Notes under the pieces: model-generated
Databases searched by the model: none
What the model was told of the DNA's origin: nothing
Seen by the model: only the letters and a program-made list of their open reading frames with translations
Translations under genes and position numbers: made by a program
Assembly (NCBI GenBank): GCA_937902665.1
Contig: CALELM010000046.1
Location: 3,740-67,739, forward strand
Length of the DNA: 64,000 nt
Source: an uncultured Selenomonadaceae bacterium
GTDB taxonomy: Bacteria; Bacillota; Negativicutes; Selenomonadales; Selenomonadaceae
Direction: 5' to 3'
In this document: one piece after another, positions 1 to 8,268 of the stretch
Numbering within the stretch: position 1 is the first letter of the stretch
Layout of the letters: every line of letters begins with the position of its first letter

Positions 1-1
1 T

Positions 2-1075
2 GCCATTTGGACGAATCCGGAAGCCCTCAGCGTTATCTATGACGAGATGTGCGCGGATGCTGGCGTGGAGGTTCTTTATCATACCGTGCTGGTTGACATT
101 ATCAAGGAGGGGACGGAGATTTCCTGTTGTGTGGTGCAGACGATTGCCGGCTTGCGGGCAGTGAGGGCAAAGACCTTTATTGATTGCTCTGGCGATGCGA
201 TTCTTGCCCGCACGGCAGGTGTCCCGTGCGAGCGCGGTTTTGAGAAAACAGGCAAGAACCAGCCGATGTCCTTTCGCTTTGAGATGGCAGGCATTGATAT
301 CGACAGGCTCTACCAGCATGTGGCAGTGGAACTGGGGGATACTTTCTGCCTGACCAAGCCACCATATTTTGAGATTGGCGAGGCAAGGCATCGGGCAAGG
401 AAGTATGTTCTGGAAAAGTTCATGATGGACGGGGTTGCATCGGGAGAACTGACGGAAGCAGATGCGGAGTACATGCAGGCGTATGTCATTATCGGAAAGC
501 CGGGTTGTATGTCGATGAACTGTCCGGAGCTTCCTTTGGAATACAGTGCGACGGATCCGATTTCCTACAGTCGAGGCGTGCGTGTCGGCAGGCAGATGAT
601 GCGCCGCATCAGCCAGTATTTCATCAAGCACATGCCGGGCTTTGAGCATGCATATCTTGCCAAGGAAGCCTCTATGCTTGGTGCGCGTGAATCATGGCGC
701 ATCAAGGGCAAGTTCTACATGACGGAGGACGACTATCATAACCAAAGCCGTTTTCCGGATGCAGTGGCAAGGACGGCATGGTTCATTGATGCGCATGGCG
801 AAAAGGTCACGGAGAAGCTGCCGAAGGGGGCTTATTACGAAATCCCGTACCGTGCGCTTGTTGCAAAAGAAGTACCGAACCTCATCACGGCAGGGCGGTG
901 CATCAGTGCAAGCTTTATCTTGCAGGCATCCATGCGAATCCAGTTGACCTGCATGAGCATCGGAGAGGCCGCTGGCATCGCGGCGGCGTGGGGACTGCGC
1001 CATCAAGTGCCTGCTGGTGAGATAGCATGGGAAAGCTTGCCCAAGAGCGAGAGAAGTTATGTGACCAGTGGTTGA
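2..1075 (+). CDS. FAD-dependent oxidoreductase (5' end lies outside the window)
   Basis: The frame is open from base 2 with no upstream stop. The 342-aa tracked ORF has a C-terminal ITAGRCISAS...GEAAGIAAA pattern typical of FAD_oxidored-type flavoproteins. It ends at TGA 1073-1075. Confidence 0.65.
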   Translation, partial: AIWTNPEALSVIYDEMCADAGVEVLYHTVLVDIIKEGTEISCCVVQTIAGLRAVRAKTFIDCSGDAILARTAGVPCERGFEKTGKNQPMSFRFEMAGIDIDRLYQHVAVELGDTFCLTKPPYFEIGEARHRARKYVLEKFMMDGVASGELTEADAEYMQAYVIIGKPGCMSMNCPELPLEYSATDPISYSRGVRVGRQMMRRISQYFIKHMPGFEHAYLAKEASMLGARESWRIKGKFYMTEDDYHNQSRFPDAVARTAWFIDAHGEKVTEKLPKGAYYEIPYRALVAKEVPNLITAGRCISASFILQASMRIQLTCMSIGEAAGIAAAWGLRHQVPAGEIAWESLPKSERSYVTSG

Positions 1076-1086
1076 AGAAAGATATC
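1058..1086 (+). repeat. Left copy of a 29-bp direct repeat (att-like); it carries the last 5 codons and stop of the oxidoreductase
   Basis: TATGTGACCAGTGGTTGAAGAAAGATATC matches 2156-2184 at 27/29 positions. Confidence 0.8.
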
Positions 1087-1117
1087 ATTATGTCGTGACA
1101 TAGCATCTCATTATTGA

Positions 1118-1309
1118 TATAAGCCGGATGAGCTTCCCGGCAAGTCCATAAAGGAGAAGCGAGGCGGCATTGACCCTGACGACATAGCGCCTACGCTTGT
1201 TGCTATGGATGCGTCAAAACTTGGCGTAATTGATGGCACGGGCATAAGACGCTTGACCATACGGGAGTGCCAGAGGCTGTGCGGATACCCTCATGAAATT
1301 AACAGCTAG
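1118..1309 (+). pseudogene. DNA (cytosine-5) methyltransferase fragment (end of the target-recognition domain plus motif IX only)
   Basis: An open frame with no start codon reads ...DDIAPTLVAMDASKLGVIDGTGIRRLTIRECQRLCGYPHEINS*. The RRLTxRECxRLxGxP signature is C5-MTase motif IX. Motifs I-VIII and motif X (GNAV) are absent. Confidence 0.7.
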
Positions 1310-1332
1310 AGAAGTATTTGACAAGCTGATAA

Positions 1333-1635
1333 ATGACGAAAAATTCTGCACAGGAAGGCACAATAAAATTTTTCCTTGGAAGCGTGGACATTATCGTTAA
1401 GCAACGTGATGTCGTAGGCAACATCATGCAAGAGTGGCTGGAAGGATGGCTAAAAAAGAATGGCGTGGAGTATGCAGTAAGTGAAAATACCCAGATGCCA
1501 CCGGACTTTTTCCTTGACAAGGAGAACCGCACAAAGGCTCTGCTGGAGATTAAGGCATTCGAAAAAAAGTCTGAACAGCTGTGTACACTAAAAGAACAAA
1601 TGGCAAAGTATATTAACGAAACGGGCGATTTTTAA
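1333..1635 (+). CDS. Putative truncated PD-(D/E)XK type II restriction endonuclease
   Basis: The 100-aa ORF contains PPDFFLD...LLEIKAF, which fits a PD...ExK nuclease core. It sits between the MTase remnant and vsr. It is short for a restriction enzyme, so it is probably a remnant. Confidence 0.4.
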   Translation: MTKNSAQEGTIKFFLGSVDIIVKQRDVVGNIMQEWLEGWLKKNGVEYAVSENTQMPPDFFLDKENRTKALLEIKAFEKKSEQLCTLKEQMAKYINETGDF

Positions 1636-1638
1636 TAA

Positions 1639-2046
1639 ATGGGTTATTTAACGAAGGAACAGCGCAGCCACATAATGAAAAGCATACATTCGCATGACAC
1701 GGCTTCCGAGGTCATGCTCCGCAAGGCGCTTTGGCATCGTGGGCTGCGTTATCGCAAAAATTACAAGGGACTGCCCGGTTCGCCAGATATTGTCCTGACA
1801 CGCCAAAAAATCGCCATCTTTGTAGACGGCGATTTTTGGCACGGCAAAGGGCATCTCGACAATCCGGGCGAACAGATTGGCACCAATAAATCCTATTGGC
1901 AGGCAAAGCTGCAACGCAATGTCGAGCGTGACAAGGAAAACAATGACGACTTGACGCAGGCAGGCTGGCTGGTGCTGCGTTTTTGGGAGTCCGAGGTCAA
2001 AAAAGATTTGGATGGGTGCATAGAAAGAATATTTGCCTACCTTTGA
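1639..2046 (+). CDS. vsr: Very short patch repair endonuclease Vsr
   Basis: 135 aa. SHIMKSIHSHDTASEVMLRKALWHRGLRYRKN...PGSPDIVLTRQKIAIFVDGDFWHG is the canonical Vsr signature. The start lies 3 nt after the upstream stop. Confidence 0.9.
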   Translation: MGYLTKEQRSHIMKSIHSHDTASEVMLRKALWHRGLRYRKNYKGLPGSPDIVLTRQKIAIFVDGDFWHGKGHLDNPGEQIGTNKSYWQAKLQRNVERDKENNDDLTQAGWLVLRFWESEVKKDLDGCIERIFAYL

Positions 2047-2155
2047 GCCGGCAGTTTTGTTCAAGATGATATGAACTGTCAGTTCCGTTCAATGTTCCGG
2101 ATATTCCGGATTGTCGTGCGACAACAAAGACAGGCGCATGATGCAGGCATGGCGC

Positions 2156-2184
2156 TATGTAACCAGTGGCTGAAGAAAGATATC
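2156..2184 (+). repeat. Right copy of the 29-bp direct repeat
   Basis: TATGTAACCAGTGGCTGAAGAAAGATATC also reads Y-V-T-S-G-stop. The two mismatches to the left copy are synonymous. Confidence 0.8.
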
Positions 2185-2211
2185 TTGAAAACGGAATGGG
2201 AGCAAAACCCC

Positions 2212-2255
2212 AAAGAGCCGAGAGACTGTCGGTTTCGACAGTCTCTCGGCTCTTT
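2212..2255. terminator. Bidirectional intrinsic terminator
   Basis: A perfect 20-bp stem (AAAGAGCCGAGAGACTGTCG / CGACAGTCTCTCGGCTCTTT) has a GTTT loop. A T-run follows on the + strand. It lies directly downstream of the minus-strand HD-GYP stop codon. Confidence 0.8.
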
Positions 2256-2256
2256 T

Positions 2257-3330
2257 TTATTTGGAATTGTATTCGATGATTTTCAGCTCTGGGTGGTTAT
2301 CGAGGGAAATGATTTCCGTAGAAGAAACGCTGATGATTGGACGGGCGGCAAATCCTTGCGGATAGGCGGCGACTTTTCCGGAAAGGCCATTGTTGAGCGT
2401 GACCTGCGACCCTAAAAAGGCATCCTTGATGTGCGTTAGGACAGGAATGCAGACCATCGGTTCGAGTGTCGTGTAAAGGTGTTTTGTGATATATTCAATG
2501 GCATCGAATGGAGTCCGCTTCATGAAGCCTTCCCGTTCTGTCGTGATATTGTCATAGAGGTCTGCTATGGAAATAATGCTTGCATGGAGAGCAATGTCCT
2601 TGCCTTGCGAGCCAAACGGGAATCCGGAACCGTCCACCCGCTCATGATGCTGCATGACAGCAAGCTTGATGTTGCTTGAGATGCCCGGCATTCTTCCTAA
2701 GATCTGCTGCCCGTCCACGGTATGGCGGATATATGCCTCATAGTCCTCGCCCTTTAGCTTTGCAGGATCTTTGTGCAGGAGGTGCTGCGGCATTCTTGTT
2801 TTTCCGATATCGTGGAGAAAGCCTGCCAGCATGACCTCCTTGCGTTCCGCTTGCGGAAGCTTCATCCATTTGGCAATGACACCTGCGAGTATGGACACTC
2901 GGAGCGAATGCTGGTAAATATCATTGGCAAGATGGCTCATCTCAAAGAGATAGTCGATGGCACCGCTGTTCTTGGAAAGTGGCGCTATGGAATCGCTGAC
3001 CATGTTTTGTGCTTTCTGCACCTCAGCAGGGTTTCCGGTGCTGATCTTGTCAAAAACCTCATGCGCCGTATTCACAACAGACTCATAATCCCGAACGAAG
3101 GTATTGCCCCGATTGAATACGGAGGAAACCGCGCGGTAAGTACGGCTCAGCTCGTAGACATCTTTGATATAGACGACAGCGACGTTCAAGTACCGAAGTC
3201 TGGTGATATGCGCTTGCGTGAGCTTCGTATCCTCAGAGAGAATGACAATCATATCGTCATTTACCAAAGATCTCGCCAGCACCATGCCGGGCTTTAGGTC
3301 ATCCACGGAAACAGCTTTCAAATTTAACAC
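2257..3330 (-). CDS. HD-GYP domain protein (putative c-di-GMP phosphodiesterase)
   Basis: 357 aa with FLHDIGK and HHERVDGSGFPFG motifs. The GYP position reads GFP. Confidence 0.85.
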   Translation of the reverse strand: MLNLKAVSVDDLKPGMVLARSLVNDDMIVILSEDTKLTQAHITRLRYLNVAVVYIKDVYELSRTYRAVSSVFNRGNTFVRDYESVVNTAHEVFDKISTGNPAEVQKAQNMVSDSIAPLSKNSGAIDYLFEMSHLANDIYQHSLRVSILAGVIAKWMKLPQAERKEVMLAGFLHDIGKTRMPQHLLHKDPAKLKGEDYEAYIRHTVDGQQILGRMPGISSNIKLAVMQHHERVDGSGFPFGSQGKDIALHASIISIADLYDNITTEREGFMKRTPFDAIEYITKHLYTTLEPMVCIPVLTHIKDAFLGSQVTLNNGLSGKVAAYPQGFAARPIISVSSTEIISLDNHPELKIIEYNSK

Positions 3331-3625
3331 TCCAATCTTAAGAAAACACTAACTACAGATAAGGTTCGCCGTTTTTAGGGAAAAATCCTGCTTGTGCATG
3401 AAAATAACTCTTTGCCTCGCAAAGAGAAAGGCTTGCACGTTATTTTTGAAAGTCCATTGGCTGGTATAAATGCAGGAAATCATGTATAATTGCAGGAAAG
3501 GACAGTAATATGCTTGGAAACGGATTGCTTAAGCCGGGTTCTTTCCTTAACCTTGTCAAAACGGGTGAGTGGCTTTAGCTTTTCATTGTGGCATATCAAC
3601 CTATTTCGTGCGAGGAGAGAACAAT

Positions 3626-4903
3626 ATGGCATTTGACAAGAAAAGGTTCGAGGAAATTATTTCTGAGTTTACGATGGGCACGGAGGAATTGCAAAGGACG
3701 GCAGAAGCATTCCAAAGGGAAATTCGCATTGGCTTGGAGGATGCAGGAAAATCTTCCCTCCAGATGCTCAGATCTTATGCTGGATTGCCCACGGGCAAGG
3801 AAACAGGAGAGTATCTTGCGCTGGACTTTGGCGGAACGAACGTGCGGGTCCTCCGTATCCGATTGGAGGGCGGCGGCAGGTTTGAGATTGCAGGCAGGTC
3901 GGCAAGACCGCTTCGTGCGGAAGGCGAGTACGATTACATTTGCTCGGAAGCCAAAGCGGAGGAAATGTTTGATTTTCTTGCTGGGTTGATCGAGGAGGCT
4001 GTGGAAGGTGATCGGGAAAAGAAATATTTTCTCGGACATACGTTTTCCTTTCCGTCGGAGCAGACAAATCTTTACAATGCAAGGCTTATCGCATGGACCA
4101 AGGAATTTGCAACACAGGGCGTTGAGGGCAAGGTAGTCAATGACCTCTTGAAGGAGGCACTGGCAAGGAAGGGGCTGTCCAATGTCGAGCCGGTAGCTGT
4201 CATCAACGATACGGTTGCTGTCCTTCTCTCGGCTGCGTACAAGCAGGAAGGAGTCTATATCGGCTCCATTTATGCAACGGGACACAATACTTGCTACCTT
4301 GAACCTCATGCAGATGCCGAGGGCAGGGCAATGATCCTGAACCTTGAGGCAGGAGGCTTTGACAAGGTTTCCAGAAATCGGTTTGACGAGAAGGTGGATG
4401 CATTATCAGAGCGGCCAGGGACGCAACGGTTGGAAAAAATGGTTTCCGGCCGATATATGGGAGAGCTGCTTGGCATTGCCTTGGGCAGCCTCTACGAAAT
4501 GGATGAAATAGATTACGGCTTTACGAGCATTGATATGTCAGAGATGCTTCAAAGTGAAGGCTCTGTTGAGGGGATTGTCTCCAAGAAGCTGGGGAAGGTA
4601 CCGGATATGGAGGAATGCAGGGCTGTTCAGTGTTTGGCACGGGTGATTGCGGAGCGTTCCGCCCGTCTTGTAGCAGCAACGTTTGTCGGCACGATGCGGC
4701 AGCTTTCTGGCGAGGAACCTATAAAAAGGCAGCATATCGCCGTAGATGGATCTGTTTACGAAAAAATGCCGGGAGTCAAGGCATGTATGGAAAGCGCCTT
4801 TCTTGAGCTTCTTGGCGAGGAAGCGGGCAAGGTGGATACAGTCTTGGATTGTGGTGGTTCTGGACTTGGCGCTGCCATTGCGGCAGTTGTTTCTAAGCAG
4901 TAA
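3626..4903 (+). CDS. Hexokinase-family sugar kinase
   Basis: LALDFGGTNVRVLRI phosphate-1 motif plus hexokinase-like architecture. I prefer the ATG at 3626, preceded by GAGGAGAGA, over the tracked GTG at 3569. Confidence 0.85.
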   Translation: MAFDKKRFEEIISEFTMGTEELQRTAEAFQREIRIGLEDAGKSSLQMLRSYAGLPTGKETGEYLALDFGGTNVRVLRIRLEGGGRFEIAGRSARPLRAEGEYDYICSEAKAEEMFDFLAGLIEEAVEGDREKKYFLGHTFSFPSEQTNLYNARLIAWTKEFATQGVEGKVVNDLLKEALARKGLSNVEPVAVINDTVAVLLSAAYKQEGVYIGSIYATGHNTCYLEPHADAEGRAMILNLEAGGFDKVSRNRFDEKVDALSERPGTQRLEKMVSGRYMGELLGIALGSLYEMDEIDYGFTSIDMSEMLQSEGSVEGIVSKKLGKVPDMEECRAVQCLARVIAERSARLVAATFVGTMRQLSGEEPIKRQHIAVDGSVYEKMPGVKACMESAFLELLGEEAGKVDTVLDCGGSGLGAAIAAVVSKQ

Positions 4904-4941
4904 AAGCTCCATGAGGGCTGCATAGAAGTTTCTATGGCATG

Positions 4942-4981
4942 GCACAGGTGCTTCATCAAAGAGAAGCCCTGTGCTTTTTTA
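4942..4981 (+). terminator. Intrinsic terminator after the hexokinase gene
   Basis: GCACAGGtGCTTC...GAAGCcCCTGTGC stem (12 bp with one bulge) followed by TTTTTT. Confidence 0.7.
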
Positions 4982-5045
4982 TCAGGAGGTTGGCAGCCAC
5001 TGGGAGAATGGGCGGTATTCTGCTTGGCTGGAAAATAAGAAAGGG

Positions 5046-5086
5046 CAACAAAAAGCGAGCTTGCAACATACCACTGCAAGCCCGCT
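5046..5086 (-). terminator. Intrinsic terminator of the orphan minus-strand transcript
   Basis: On the minus strand: GCGGGCTTGCA-loop-TGCAAGCTCGC (10/11 bp) followed by TTTTTGTTG. Confidence 0.6.
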
Positions 5087-5606
5087 TCACTCGTTATAAA
5101 CCATGTAACGAAAACCCCTATTCTTTTGTCTGTATGCGAACTTCTTAAGCAGCACCGCACACGAAGATACGAAAACCGTTTAGCTAAACATGAACACCAC
5201 GCACGCAACGCCCGCAAGCTCACCGCCATCGGCAGGCAACAAGAACCCAACGAAAAACGAAGCAAACCAGACAACCGCATGCAACACAAGAAATGGAAAA
5301 CCGCCACAAACTAGTGGAATAGCGCCAGCCACTGCCAACAGATGACAATGCACACGAGAATCCACGGATGACTCGAGTTCGCATGACGCCCAAGCAACAT
5401 TGCGACTCCCTGCATTCCAATGGAAAAGTCTCACTTCATAAGCTGCACTCATCAATCAGCCAGAAGGCATTCCAGTTGAAATAACCAATACGCAACCACC
5501 CTTCCTGACAAGTACCTAAGTACAAAGGAGGCCTGTTTCGGCTGCCAAGCGGTTTGGAACTCACCTCGCAAGATTCGTGCCACCTGCTTGCCCATCTCCC
5601 TTTCAT
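5047..5606 (-). ncRNA. Candidate ~560-nt non-coding or leader transcript (unclassified)
   Basis: It is bounded by a near-consensus promoter and an intrinsic terminator. The sense strand is conspicuously A-poor and G/U-rich. The overlapping ORFs lack convincing ribosome-binding sites or homology. Confidence 0.35.
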
Positions 5607-5612
5607 GTTCTC

Positions 5613-5641
5613 ATTATAGCACACTGTTTGACGGTTTGCAA
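5613..5641 (-). promoter_or_regulatory. Sigma-70-type promoter with an extended -10
   Basis: The minus strand reads TTGCAA-17 nt-(TGc)TATAAT. The predicted transcription start is near 5606. Confidence 0.65.
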
Positions 5642-5823
5642 GATTCTGAAAATGAAAATTGAATGAAAATTAAAATAAATTTATGGATTTCAGCGTGATA
5701 CAAAATGCGAAGCTGAAAATATCTGTGTTTTTTGCAAAAAAAGAAGGGGAAAAAGAAGATGCGTGGAATATATATGGTATGTTGACTGATTGTTTAGGGG
5801 GTGACGGTACTGTGGAAGAAAAA

Positions 5824-7500
5824 ATGGTAATGCTGGTCGTTGACGATGAGGAGAGCGAACGTTTGATTCTGAAACAGTCCTTCCAAGAAGATTTTGAGAT
5901 TGTTGAAGCTGAAAATGGGGCAATGGCATTGGAGATTTTGGAGTCACAGCCCATAAATATCGTGCTGACAGATATTTCCATGCCGGTAATGGACGGTCTT
6001 GCTTTGCTGGGGACGATGCAGGAATCACGGAAGTTTTCCGAAATCCCTGTGATCGCTATGACCATGTACAATGACAGGGACAAGGAGGAAAAGGCGATCG
6101 AGCTAGGTGCAGCAGATTTTCTGACGAAGCCTGTCCGCAGGAAGCTGGCACATGCCAGAGTGAGCAATGTTTTGGGCAGAAGGGAGAACGAGTGGCGAAG
6201 GCAGGCAAGGAAGGCAGGGGAACAGGAAATGGTTTCCATGCGAAACCATATTGAGACGGATGCCTTGACAGGTCTTTGCAACAGGGAGAGCTTTTATCGT
6301 CAGGCAGGGGCTATGATGCGCAGCAACAGCGAGGTACTGCATGATATTGTGTATTTTAACATTCATAAATTCAAGACGATCAATGAGCTTTTTCATAGGG
6401 AAACAGGAAATAGCATACTAAAGACGGCAGCAAGGTATTTTCAGGATATTTTTGGGGAACGTGGCGTTTGTGCCCGTTTGGAAGCGGATCGGTTCGTGAT
6501 ATGTGTTTCAGACGAGTTTTTGGATATGGAGCAGCTTTTCGAAGGCTTGAATGGCACGATCAAGTCATTGGGAATCAATTATGACATTCAGTTTTTTGCA
6601 GGCGTTTATCCTGTGGATAATGTGTTTCTTCCTGTCAGCAAGATGTGTGACAGGGCAAGAATGGCACTTGAGAAAATAAGGAGCGGCAGCAATGTGCGCT
6701 ATGTGCGTTACGATGAGGAAATGAGCCGCCTTCTCATGGAAGAGCAGGTGATTCTCCGTGATATGGAACGGGCGCTTTATGAGAAGCAGTTTTGCATTTA
6801 CTTGCAGCCTGTCTATGACCTGCTGTGCGACAGCATTGTTGGGGCAGAGGCCTTGGTTCGTTGGAACCACCCTCAGGAGGGAATGATTTCGCCGGGGCAT
6901 TTTATTCCCGTGTTTGAGCGCAATGGCTTTATAGCGCGGCTGGATCATTATGTTTGGGATCAGGTTTGCCGTTTTTTGAGGGACGTTAAGGATACCTATG
7001 GTCGTGTGATTCCGATTTCCGTAAATATATCAAAGTTGAATTTTTATGACGCCGACCTGCCGAAGCATTTGATGCGGCTCATTCAAAAATATCATTTGGA
7101 GCCATGGATGCTGAAGCTGGAAATTACGGAAAATGCTTATATGGAAAATCGGCTGCGGGTGATTTCCACAGTTCGGGCGCTTCGGGAGCAAGGTTTTTCC
7201 GTGTTGCTGGATGATTTCGGCAGCGGCTATTCTTCCTTGATGATGCTCAAGGATCTGCCTGTGGACATGCTGAAAATCGATCTGAGGTTTGCGCAGGAGG
7301 CGGCAGGGGATTCTGAAAGGGCAAGGTCTTTGCTGCAGTGTATTCTGCATTTGTCAGAGGAATTGGATATCCGTATTATCATGGAGGGCGTGGAAACGGA
7401 GCAGCAGGCGGACTTCTTCGTGTCGCTGGGCTGTCAGGATTTTCAGGGATATTATTTCTCCTGCCCCGTGCCGACGGATGTGTTCAAGGCTTTGATTTGA
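5824..7500 (+). CDS. Response-regulator receiver, degenerate GGDEF and EAL domain protein (c-di-GMP phosphodiesterase type)
   Basis: MVMLVVDDEE receiver start. The GGDEF position reads LEADRF. The EAL motifs are intact (EALVRW, DDFGSGYSSL, EGVETE). The tracked ORF starts at 5683, but the ATG at 5824 fits a receiver N-terminus and leaves promoter space. Confidence 0.85.
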   Translation: MVMLVVDDEESERLILKQSFQEDFEIVEAENGAMALEILESQPINIVLTDISMPVMDGLALLGTMQESRKFSEIPVIAMTMYNDRDKEEKAIELGAADFLTKPVRRKLAHARVSNVLGRRENEWRRQARKAGEQEMVSMRNHIETDALTGLCNRESFYRQAGAMMRSNSEVLHDIVYFNIHKFKTINELFHRETGNSILKTAARYFQDIFGERGVCARLEADRFVICVSDEFLDMEQLFEGLNGTIKSLGINYDIQFFAGVYPVDNVFLPVSKMCDRARMALEKIRSGSNVRYVRYDEEMSRLLMEEQVILRDMERALYEKQFCIYLQPVYDLLCDSIVGAEALVRWNHPQEGMISPGHFIPVFERNGFIARLDHYVWDQVCRFLRDVKDTYGRVIPISVNISKLNFYDADLPKHLMRLIQKYHLEPWMLKLEITENAYMENRLRVISTVRALREQGFSVLLDDFGSGYSSLMMLKDLPVDMLKIDLRFAQEAAGDSERARSLLQCILHLSEELDIRIIMEGVETEQQADFFVSLGCQDFQGYYFSCPVPTDVFKALI

Positions 7501-7583
7501 CGCAAGCTCTGCGTCCGATTGCTTTTGTGGAGTAGGACGGAAAAAGAAGATGGCATGGATGCCTTTAGGATTGAGGTGATGGT

Positions 7584-8243
7584 TTGGAAGCTTTTATCTT
7601 TGATATGGATGGGGTTATTGTCGAGAGCGAGCTGCTTCATGCACGCATAAAAATGGAAACCTTTCGGCATTTTGGGATTCCTTTTGATGAGGAGAGGTTG
7701 AACCGGTATATGGGACGTGCCAGCAAGGAGCTTTTTGCGGAGGTTCTGCAGGAGCAGGGGAAAAAGGAGCTTTCGGCACAGGAAATGGCAGTGTATAAGC
7801 ACCAAAGGTATCTGGAGGTCTTGGAGCAGGGGGATTCCTTGCCGCAGGTGCCCGGAACCCTGCAGCTGATTCAGTGCTTGAAAAATGCAGGGGCAAGGAT
7901 TGCGCTTGCCACATCGTCACAGCCAAAGGCGGCAGAGTTTGTCCTGCACCAGTTTGGACTGGAGACTGCGTTTGAGTCCGTGCTGACGTGCGCGGATGTG
8001 ACTGAGACAAAGCCAAATCCTGAAATTTATTTGCTGGCGGCGGAACGGTTGGAAGTCTCTCCAGTGGACTGTGTTGTCTTGGAGGACTCGCAAAATGGTG
8101 TTGCGGCAGCAAAGGCGGCTGGAATGACTTGCATTGGTTACCGCAATCCCTATTCCGGCAAGCAAGACCTTGGGCAAGCAGATTTTGTGGTAGATGCGAT
8201 TTCGGATATTGACATAGCGGAGTTTGGATGGCAGAAGAAATGA
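7584..8243 (+). CDS. HAD-superfamily hydrolase (beta-phosphoglucomutase-like subfamily)
   Basis: FIFDMDGVIVESE motif I, TSS motif II, and a C-terminal EDSxNG motif. TTG start. Confidence 0.75.
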   Translation: MEAFIFDMDGVIVESELLHARIKMETFRHFGIPFDEERLNRYMGRASKELFAEVLQEQGKKELSAQEMAVYKHQRYLEVLEQGDSLPQVPGTLQLIQCLKNAGARIALATSSQPKAAEFVLHQFGLETAFESVLTCADVTETKPNPEIYLLAAERLEVSPVDCVVLEDSQNGVAAAKAAGMTCIGYRNPYSGKQDLGQADFVVDAISDIDIAEFGWQKK

Positions 8244-8268
8244 TGCATGCTTTAAAGGAGGTGGAGCT

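Noticed and set aside
2071-2415. 114-aa plus-strand ORF
   Set aside because: It spans the direct-repeat copy and the 20-bp terminator stem, and it overlaps the 3' end of the HD-GYP gene on the other strand. It has no SD or homology.
4756-5455. 183-aa, 91-aa and 66-aa minus-strand ORFs inside the orphan transcript
   Set aside because: All three frames are open because the strand is A-poor, so stop codons are few. The 183-aa ORF crosses the terminator and enters the hexokinase gene. None has a convincing SD or a known motif. Only the 29-aa ORF behind AGGGAG was kept, as a possibility within the finding.
5460-5606. Riboswitch identity for the 5' part of the orphan transcript (M-box-like GGUGAGUUCC...GGCAGCCGAAA, T-box-like GGGUGGUUGCG, cobalamin-like GGUG..AAUC)
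   Set aside because: Each resemblance covers only a fragment of the respective consensus. No complete conserved core could be assembled by eye, and there is no downstream gene of the expected class. It is left unclassified pending a covariance-model search.
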